DNA of 63,994 bases, the filler included, from Aduncisulcus paluster (Eukaryota), in NCBI GenBank assembly GCA_024181965.1. It is 5 parts of 5 records of this genome, joined end to end, with 100 filler letters (N's around TTAATTAATTAA, not from the genome) between each part and the next. Parts side by side here need not be neighbours in the genome. Positions count along the whole stretch, not along the records: positions 53,396 to 60,570 come from BQXS01012494.1; positions 60,671 to 63,994 come from BQXS01012540.1; 3 more parts are not named here. One strand, written 5' to 3'. The translations under genes were made by a program, and so were the position numbers. Shown here piece by piece: positions 53,711 through 63,994 of this stretch. Under the pieces are notes generated by a model, which did no database searches, was not told the DNA's origin, and saw only the letters and a program-made list of their open reading frames with translations. The first letter of the stretch is position 1; the number at the start of each line of letters is the position of its first letter.

Positions 53711-56700
53711 ATGGTTCTTATTGCTAACAATAGATCAAAATTTCAAGAGCGAACATTAATCAATTCTCTATCTCTTTTCATGTTTGTTTTCCTCCTTTTT
53801 ACTCCACTTATCTTCGCTCGATCTATTGTTATTGATCCCGTAAACGTAGAACAACCCCCAGATCTGGTCCTCTTTCAGGATCAGATTAATTGGGACCGTG
53901 TACCTCTTCACCAGGATATTTCTGAGCAAACTCAATCCACATCCATCTCTGAACCATCTCCTTTGGTTCCCGTAACAACATCCTCTTTCTATGCTTTTCC
54001 TTCACTCGATGGGTATATCGACGATAGTTTGTATGTCGCATTGTGTACTATTTCCGGTGTCAATTGTTCGTCAGGTACCGAGCTCACACCATTTGATATC
54101 GCTAAAATTACTGACACTGGTACTTCCCTCACGGCTCTAGAAATTGAGAGTTTTGATGGACTTCAATATTTGATTAATGTTGGATCCTTGGATATCAGGA
54201 GAAACCCAATAGAATCTCTCCAAGCTCTGACGTATTTAAAACAGTTATACTATGTCATTTATTATGGTCGAAGTGGTGACGATTCTATTGTGAAGGATTC
54301 TAACGAGTTCTTTCGGCTCAACCGGTTGGAAGGTGCCGTTTTCCGCCGTAACCCTTATATTTGGGATATTTCTGTCTTCTTTAGAAACATTGGAATGGAG
54401 AATCCTGAGCTTGGTGATGACACTGGCAACAAGGGATCTTTTATCCCTTTGTGTCGATATGAAGATGATACAACTTATGAAGCGTTCCTAAGGCAAGTAT
54501 TTCCATTGATAAATACCAGTGCCGGTCGATTTACATATTTTTATAATGTAAACAATTGTTCTATTAATCAAACCCCAGGCTCTTCTCCTTACAATTGCAG
54601 TGATAATGGAACAGATCCAGTTAATTGTCCTCGTTTCATTCAAAATGAGGTCTACGATCCCACAAGTGGCGTAGAGACCAAAACATGTTCTTTTATTGCT
54701 AAGGAAGGGTCCAATGGTGAGTGTTTTACTGTTCACGATGATTCTCTTCGTAGCTATCTGATTGCTCAGTGCCTTGATTCTGGGGATATAGAAACCAATG
54801 GAGTTATTAGTGTTGGAGCTCTTCGAAGCAAACTGACATGCAACTCTATTAATCTTGCTAATGTCGTACAAGACTCGTCGACTTCCATCACATCTGTCAC
54901 TGATATCAAGACATTAAAGGGGCTTGAGTATGCCCAAGGTGTCGATTCTAACGGAACCAACATTGGTCTGACGTCATTGTTCATTGATGGGTATGATCTA
55001 AGTGGATATGACGACTCTTCTGAATATGACAAGTTAGTCATTCAAATGCTTGCCAAACATGTTTCCAATCCAAGCTCGGGGACTTATTACGGAACTTTGG
55101 AGAGTGGATTGACAGTTTTTTCAGCCACCGGGTGTGGACTGAATAGAATTGAAGAGATCTTTGACATTACTTCCATTATTGATGGTGATTCGAGAACACA
55201 GACTTATAGACTTATTGGTCTTGATCTTTCTAATAATCATATATCTGATGTCTCAGTCCTTCTTACTTCTGGACTTTTCCCTAACGCCGATGGAGATAAT
55301 CATTTGACAAACTTGGATCTTTCAAATAATTCTATATGCGATTACGCTAATGTTGCAAGCGAATTGAATACATATTTTGGTCTTTCTCTTCCTGCGACTG
55401 ATGAAACCCAAATTTGTCCGTGTACCATCGATGATCCAGATGTTAATGTAGATTTTACAGAACACAAGACGTGCAAAATGATCGAACCTGGGAAATATGA
55501 AGTTCAGTGTTGGCGTGGGTATTTTGAGGATTCAGCTGGCAATTGTGTTGATGCTGCATCGACATTAGATGAAATATATCCTTGGGATTGCCAAGTTTGT
55601 GAAATGCAATCCAATACCAAAGCCGTATATGAATCAGATAACAGCGTTGTTTGTGAATGTTCTAAATATTTCTCTGGTGAAAATTGTGGTGTATTAATTG
55701 ACATGATTCCGAATGCAAACCTCAAACAAGCTGTGTGCGTTGGTCTTAACCTCTCTTCTTGCACTGATATTACCTTGACTCAGATGGCGAGTGTCACTTC
55801 GATTGATGGAACAGGCGTCTCTTCGTTTGACGGAATGGAATACTCCTCAGACGCTCTCTTGGAATTTAAAATAGATGGATCTGATGGAGCTTCTATTGGA
55901 CAGATTGATCTTCGAAAGCTTCCAACATCCATCCAAACGTTAGTTCTTGAGAACGTTAATTTGGATTCTGACGTCGATTTCTCCCGATTTGTCAATTTAG
56001 TTGAGCTTTCAATCGCAGGCAATTCGTCTTACAATTTGCTTGATGGAGCCATTTTCCCAGATTCTCTCACTTCTCTTGACATCAGTGGAATCGCCTCAAT
56101 ATCATCATTTGTCAACATTCCCTCTTCCATTGTCACACTCGATGCAAGTGATTGTGCCTCGCTTTTGAGTTTATTTGGCGTTGAGGATCTTGTTAATCTT
56201 ACAACTCTTGACCTCGCATCATCAGGGATATCTGATCCTTCCCCATTATATTCTTTGGTGGGAATACTCGAAGATCTTGACTTGTCTGGAAATTATATCT
56301 GTGATAGTGATGGTTTGCAGACAACGTTGGATGGTATCTTTGGTTCTGACGTTGTTACTGTTGGGACTCAAGATTGTAAATGCACCTCAGATCCACCAAG
56401 TCTTTCCGATAACAAGGTCTGCAGTGAGACAAAGCCTGGATCTAATTCATGGTTTGTTGTGTGTGCAAGTTCAACTTATACAACATATACAACGTCTGCA
56501 GCTGACTTTGTTTGCACTCAACCAACATCATTAGTCACAAATTGTTCAGGTGGGTGTTTATATGGGCAAGAATGCAGGAATCTCGGTGAAGATGAAAATG
56601 GATTATATGAAGGGGAATGTCAACAAGTGATCGTTGATGTGAATTTGCATGAATGTGTTGCTAGCATGTTCAATGATATTGATGGCACTGATGTGTTTGT

Positions 56701-59700
56701 TCACCGAACTGATGCTTCACCTTCTCTTTTCAGCGTTGCATCTCTTAAAACTCTTGAGACTCTTGAGACTGAGAATGGGTTTTATCCAACCTTGGAATGT
56801 GGTAATTACAGTGACATTATCATTAGCAGTATTGCTGGTGTTGAGCATCTTGAAAAGGTATCTTCAATTGAGTTGCCTTGTACTAATTTTCTTGAAACTA
56901 ATGACCTTTCTCCCTTGTCAACTCTTTCAAACTTAGAAACACTCATTTTTGGGTACAATATGACGGATGCGCAATCTTTTGATATGCCAGATCTCAGTCT
57001 TCTCACTTCGCTTGTAACCTTAAATATTACGAAGATTCCAATCTCATTCCCCGAAACTGACCCCATACTTCCAAGAACAATCACAAACCTTTCATTGCTT
57101 AATTGTGCAGTTTCTCAGACTGGATTTGATATTAATGTAGGAGATAATTGGTTGTCTTCCCTCGAAATCCTTTATTTAGGAGGAGGCACTTCAAATTTGA
57201 TTACATCAATCTCGTCTTTATCTGCTGACCAATTCTCATCAATTATAACATTTGATTTTTCAAGTTACAATATATATGATGCATTGAACGAGGATATTTC
57301 TAAAATGTCCAATTTGGAGACAATAACCCTCTCCAATTGTGGTTTGCAAACCATTCCAGATCTTCATCTTAACGTCGATTCGCTGCATACTGTTACCATT
57401 ACAGGCAATTTAAATCTTACTTCTGTCACTCCGCTTGCAACATTGATCAATTTGGAGGATTTGGATATTGTTGGAAATTCCATCTCTGATCTATCCCCAT
57501 TGTATGATCTCCCGAATATTAATTCCATAAATGCTTATTACAATGATATATGTTTTGGATCTGAAGAAACTAATGAGGATATTGTTGAGAAATTTACACA
57601 ACAAACCCTCAATGGTCTTAGTCTTATGGCTGATGTTTATCAGTCATGCAGTTGCTCTAACGATGACATTGGCTACAGCGATACCCCTATCGCTGACAAC
57701 AAAGTCTGCAGTGAGACAAAGCCTGGGTCTGGTGTATGGTATTTTGTGTGTTCCAGCCACAGTATCACATCATACACATCTGTGAATACTTTCGAGTGTC
57801 TGACCCCTGGTAATGAAGGTGGTGAAACATATGGATGTTCTGGAGGTTGTGAGTATGGATATGAATGCAGATATGATTCAGATTCAGAATTATCCTCATG
57901 TCAGCAAGTGATAGTTGATGACACTTTACATGCTTATGTTGCCGAATTGTTTGTAGATTCATATGGAAGCGAAGATTATACTCATCGAACAGAAGAAACA
58001 GCAGACATTCCTTCTCTTTTCAGTGTGGCTTCATTGAGGATTTTATGTTCTGCTCCAGTACAAATCCTTATAAATGGAACTAATTTGGATAGTTCTTCTT
58101 CTAAAATACAAGTCCTTGATGGACTTGAACATATTCTGAGTCTCGAATCTATTTTTCTCGATAATAATAATATTTCTTCTGTCCCGTATTCTATTTTTAG
58201 AACACTAACAAATCTGGAATCTGTCTCATTATATGGTAATACGGATATTACAGACTCATCATTCATCTGTGAATTGAATCTATTAGAATCCCTTTATCTT
58301 GCGAAGACATCTGTTGAATCTTTACCAACCACTGAAACATGTCAAAATCTATTTTTAGAATGGTCTTCAGCTTCGTATTCTGATTCACTGTCTTCAGATT
58401 TGTATTCTTTATTGACTTCTCTTATTATCTCATACTCTCTTATCTTCGATATAAGCCCCCTTTTGGTCCTCAATGCTGAAAATGTATACATGAATGATGT
58501 TTTGGAGGTATTGCAATTGAATGGAATCAAGAGAACTGTTCTGAATGATGAGGAAGAATATATTGATGATTATTTCGATATTTCTATTCTCAACCATTTT
58601 ACCTCAATCACTAGATTATGGGTTAAAGGTCTGGGTTTGACCAGTGGAGATCTCCAATACATTACACATCTCGATTTGACAGAATTACACTTATTTACAA
58701 ACAAAATTTCTGATATTTCACCACTTTATCAACTGAATCAGACTCTTACCACGCTTGCAATTGGAAATAATTTTATTTGTGACTCGTCTTCTGATATTTT
58801 GTCTACATATCTCCCAAATACTTCAATTTCTCATGCCGATCTTCAGGACACTTCTTCCTGTGGTTTCTGTTCATATTCTGAGACTGCTGGAGATGGTGCT
58901 GGAGATAGCGCTGATGATCCCGTTATTCATTGTTCGGATACTTCTTTTGGCGCGTTTCTTTCCTCCAACACGATCTGTCGTAAAGTGTGGGACTGGACGG
59001 AAACTGTTGAAGAAGATGATGGCTCTGGTGGAGTGACCACAACCACAATTTACCACGAACAATGGAGTGTGGAGTGTAATCTGTATAGTTACAAAGTAGA
59101 CAATGTAGATGGCTCAAGTTCATGTGTGTCATATCTTGATGACACCGATGATAACTACACTCCTCCTGACACATTCCCTTCTTGTGTGAGCTCATCCATG
59201 GATAATGTAAATATGGAGTGTTGTAGCCCCGATGGCACAGAAACATCGTGTATTGAAGGATGGTATGGCGATGAATGCATGGATGCATGTGATTCTCTGA
59301 TTGTTGATGATATCGGTTATATGTGTAATGTTTATGACCATGGAACTTGTGATTCTTCAACGCGTGCCTGCTCTTGCTCTGGGGGATTTGAAGGAGCATA
59401 TTGTCAATACATTCCATATGAAGAGCTTGTTGATTTCATCTGTTCAAACCGTGAGGATTCTTCCATTGTGGAGGTTGCTTCAGGTGCATCCATTGAATGT
59501 GATGGCGATGAACTGACTCCTACTGAGTTGCTTAATATCATTGGCCTTGATCTGTCGTCATCTAACCTCTCTGATATCTCAGGGTTACGCTATATCACAA
59601 ATTTGGTGAGTCTGAATCTGAGTGAAATGATTTTGGATGAGACAAATTCTGATTCATATGATTTGATAGAACTGTCTGATCTCACAAATCTGGAGCTTCT

Positions 59701-60570
59701 AGATGTGAGCGGATCCAATATTAATCTTCCCACTGCAATTCCTAACATTCCGAATTCTCTGATCTCTCTCAATGTAAGTGGATGCTCTTCTTTGGATGAT
59801 TTGTCTATTCTTGAACCATTTTCCTCGTCATTAATCTCTTTGAATGTGTCCAACCTTGGGCTTTGCGATTTTGATCTGTTTGATATTTCATTATTCTCAT
59901 CTTTGACAACTCTCGATGTTTCTGATAATAGTTTAACTGATATTTCTTTATTATATTCACTTGAAGACTTGATTTCTTTGGATGTGCGAGGAAACAAGCT
60001 CTGTGGAGTGACGGATGAGATATTTAAGCCATTCTTCACTCTTTCTGACAGCATCACAATCATGACTGGGAATCCGACTTTCACTGCGATTGACCAAGGT
60101 AATAATGCTTATTGTGGGTATTGTTCCGATTCAACTCCTTCTGTCGATCCTTCTTCTAATGTTGTGTGCAAAGATGTGTGGAGTGGCGAGTACCATACGG
60201 ATTGTGCTATCTTCAGCTATCGTGATTACTCCAACTCTGGTTCCAACTCTGGCTCTGGGTCTGGCTCTAGCTCTGGGTCTAGCTCTGGCTCTGGCTCTGA
60301 GGAACCGTTAACATGTGTGAACTTTGGATCTGAAGTTGACACTTCTTCCTTAACGTGCTTGTCTGGCATCGAGTCCAATCCCAACACTCAGTGCATCGGT
60401 GTCTACAACGAGTCCGATGCATCCGTTTCTATCGAGAGTGGATGTGTTGAAGGGTGGTATGGCGATGAGTGTCTGGATGAATGTCCACTTCATTATTCCA
60501 ACCAATTACAATGTGGAGGCTCTGAGTATGGGACATGTGACAGTTCAACACATACTTGTGATTGCTCTGT
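53711..60570 (+). CDS. Giant secreted/surface LRR + EGF-like Cys-rich protein, 3'-truncated
   Basis: Hydrophobic leader after ATG 53711; many LxxLDLSxNxIxDxSPL LRRs; EGF-like CECSKYFSGENC, CIEGWYGDEC, CSCSGGFEGAYC; duplicated DNKVCSETKPGS and PSLFSVASL modules; GS linker 60230-60298. Confidence 0.88.
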
Positions 60571-60670
60571 NNNNNNNNNNNNNNNNNNNNNNNNNNNNNN
60601 NNNNNNNNNNNNNNTTAATTAATTAANNNNNNNNNNNNNNNNNNNNNNNNNNNNNNNNNNNNNNNNNNNN

Positions 60671-63600
60671 ATCACATTTATAATGAACTTTGTGAGTATA
60701 ATTGATACAAATATCACAATACTCTTCATCAACATCTCCTTCCAACACTTCCTCACATCTTGATAGATGACCAATGAAAGTGTCAATGAGATCATCCAGA
60801 TCAGGAATAGGGAGATAGATATCATTTCCAGAAATAAAATGTCCAACAAACCATTGTAAACATTGAACACAAAGAACAATCTCTCTCTTGTGCTCTTCAA
60901 TTTCACTCTTTGATTGGAATGCAAGGAAGACAGAAAGAATCTCATCTCGATGTTCATGGTAGAGTTTGGAAGTGGATTCTGAGTCAGGGGATTTCTTGAT
61001 AGATTCAACTAATTCTGACCATTTTTTCAGGGAAGGATAAGAATTACCAAGATATCTTGAATAATATCCATCAAACTCCCCATTATTCTTGCACCATTCC
61101 ATGTTGGCATCATATCTGGGAGATATGTGAGGAACAAGAGATGGAACACTGGAGAACATGGAAATGAAGCTGGACCAGAATATGATTCCGCCTCTATGTT
61201 TTTCCTTATTTATAATTATAAACCACCCATCAAGAAGATCCTTAACATTATCATAGATTTCAACAGCATGTGATGGATCACAACATAAGTTGGAGAAGAA
61301 TAATAAAACCCATTCGTGCTCATCCCCAACAATCTTATCCCCAACAAACTCTCTCTTAACAACATCAAGAACAGGGTGGAAGAGAGACCAAGCTTCAGAA
61401 CACATGGATTTGTTGGGGGTTGAATTATCACTTAAGAAGGTGATTTTTGATAGAATAGCCATCCATTGCCCATAACACTCACTATCATTGTATATCCTCA
61501 ACCAATCTCTGATATATGGTTTGATGAGGGTGAAAATAGAGGATCGAGTGGAAGAAGAGGAAGAATTAGAGATGTTTCTAAGAGTCATTAATAAATCTAG
61601 AGCAACATCACCTCCCAACTTCTCCTTACTTCCTCTCTCAAGAATACGTTGGAAAGTGGGGGAGATCTTTGGAAGGAAGGAATCCCATTTATCGTGAACT
61701 AAACCAGAATAATTCACACAAATATCACAATACTGTTCATCAACATCTCCTTCCAATACTTCCTCACATCTTGATAGATGACCAATGAAAGTGTCAATGA
61801 GATCATTCAGATCAGGAATAGGAAGAGAGATCTTATTTCCAGAAATAACATGTCCATCAAACCATTGTAAACACTGAGCACAAAGAACTATCTCTCTCTT
61901 GTGCTCTTCAATCTCACTCTTTGATTGGAATGCAATGAAGACAGAAAGAATCTCATCTCGATGTTCATGGTAGAGTTTTGAAGTAGATTCTGAGTCAGAG
62001 GATTTGTTGATGGTTTCAACCAATTCTGACCATTTCTTCAGAGAAAAATAACAATTACCAAGATATCTTATAAAATATTTATCGAACCCCCCATTATTCT
62101 TGCACCATTCCATGTTGGTATCATATCTGGGAGATATGTGAGGAACAAGGGATGGAACAGTGGAGAACATGGAAATGAAGCTGGACCAGAATATGATTCC
62201 GCCTCTATGTTTTTCCTTCTTTATAACCGTAAACCACCCATCAAGAAGATCCTTAACATTATCATAGACTTCAACAGCATGTGATGGATCACAACATAAG
62301 TTGGAGAAGAATCGTAGAACATATTCATGATCATCCTCAACAATCTTATCCCCGACAAACTCTCTCTTAACAATATCAAGAACAGGGTGGAAGAGAGGCC
62401 AAGCTTCAGAAAAGATGGATTTGTCGTCATCACTTGAGAGGGTGATATGTGATAGAATAACCATCCAATGTCCATAACACTTACTATCATCTTTGTATAT
62501 CCTCAACCAATCTCTGATATATGGTTTGATGAGTGTGAGAATAAAGGATCGTGTGGAAGAAGAGGGAGAATTAGAGATGTTTCTGAGAGTCATTAANNNN
62601 NNNNNNNNNNNNNNNNTCTCTTAACAATATCAAGAACAGGGTGGAAGAGAGGCCAAGCTTCAGAAAAGATGGATTTGTCGTCATCACTTGAGAGGGTGAT
62701 ATGTGATAGAATAACCATCCAATGTCCATAACACTTACTATCATCTTTGTATATCCTCAACCAATCTCTGATATATGGTTTGATGAGTGTGAGAATAAAG
62801 GATCGTGTGGAAGAAGAGGGAGAATTAGAGATGTTTCTGAGAGTCATTAATAAACATTGAGCAACATCACCTCCCAACTTCTCCTTACTTCCTCTCTCAA
62901 GAATACGTTGGAAAGTGGGGGAGATCTTTGGAAGGAAGGAATCCAATTTATCTTGAACTTTGAAAGTATAACCCATACAAATCCAACAATACTCTTCATA
63001 AACATCTCCTTCCAACACTTCCTCACATCTTGATAGATGATCAATGAAAATGTCAATGAGATTTTTCAGATCAGGAATAGGGAGATAGATCTTATTTCCA
63101 GAAATATAATGTTTAACAAAACATTGTAAACATTGAACACAAAGAACAATCTCTCTCTTGTGCTCTTTAATCTCACTCTTTGATTGGAATGCAAGGAAGA
63201 CAGAAAGAATCTCATCTCGATGTTCATGGTAGAGTTTGGAAGTTGATTCTGAGTCAGGGGATTTCTTGATAGATTCAACTAAATTTGACCATTTTTTCAG
63301 AGAAGGATAACAATTAATAAGATATCTTGTATAATCTCCACTCCAACCCCTATTATTCTTGCACCATTTCATGTTGGTATCATATTTAGGAGATATGTGA
63401 GGAACAAGAGATGGAACAGTGGAGAACATGGAAATGAGTCTGGACCAGTATTTGATTCCCCAATTACCATCATCTTTCCCTTCTTCACTCTTCTTCTTTA
63501 TCATCTCAAACCAACCATCAAGAAGACCATCTTTAATACAATCATGCACTTCAACAGCTTGGGAAGGAATACAACTCAAGTTAATGAAGAACCAAAAACA

Positions 63601-63994
63601 CCGAATGACAGCATCATCATCAAATGTAACACCTTTGGAAGCAGTATCCTTAATCACATCCAAGACAGGATGGAAGACAAACCAGAGTTGTGAGGAACGA
63701 TATTTATGAGGATCGGTGTTATCTTTATCATTCGTGATATTCTTCAAGGTGTTTGTCCATAAGAAAAAGAACTTCTTGTCAGGATACTTCTTCATCCAAG
63801 GTAAGATGTGAGGGAGAAGAAAGGATAAAAGAGAGTTCTTGGTGGGATCATCTTTAGCAAATGCAATATTTCTGCATGTTTGTAGGATGTCCTCAATAAA
63901 AGAATCTTCAAATTTCTTGGATAGGCCAAGAATAAACATCTTGGAGAGGAGGGAAGAGATTTGGGGGAAAATAGAAATACAAAGCGATTGATTA
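60671..63994 (-). CDS. Helical (ARM/HEAT-like) tandem-repeat protein with ~335-aa units, truncated at both ends; paralog of 545-3259
   Basis: MTLRNISNS recurs 1005 nt apart (62593 and 61588). SESTSKLYHEHRDEILSVF occurs three times. The two track ORFs are one gene split by the duplicated gap 62597-62616. Confidence 0.88.

Noticed and set aside
60671..63994. Diversity-generating-retroelement-style (adenine-specific) mutagenesis as the source of repeat variation
   Set aside because: The differences inspected involve all four bases, and there is no reverse transcriptase or template repeat in the window.

Overview
This is AT-rich, gene-dense eukaryotic protist DNA, not prokaryotic. It is a concatenation of five contigs joined by N44-TTAATTAATTAA-N44 linkers (15027-15126, 32026-32125, 53296-53395, 60571-60670). 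Six internal 20-N scaffold gaps have ~230-310 bp artefactual duplications on either side. Gene content, a divergent Tom40 and GTATGT-type short introns fit an anaerobic fornicate/metamonad; the gene families resemble those of Aduncisulcus (Carpediemonas-like organisms), which is inference only. Recognisable genes are a SUN-domain protein, Tom40, an RRM protein, TRAPPC1/Bet5, a tandem pair of divergent actins/ARPs, BCAT, RPP30, MOB1, PSMB3, an Afi1/SPA (DENN-like) protein and a giant LRR/EGF surface protein. Seven introns can be read from the sequence, and they join several ORFs that the track lists separately. The most novel-looking items are: (i) a helical-repeat family with ~335-aa tandem units, a constant framework and clustered hypervariable positions, including a frameshifted copy next to a hAT-like ORF; (ii) an actin pair with identical cores but divergent contact surfaces; (iii) a 27-bp tandem MEF2-type motif found three times in intergenic DNA; and (iv) a spliced 7TM receptor-like gene. 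No rRNA, tRNA or CRISPR array was found.
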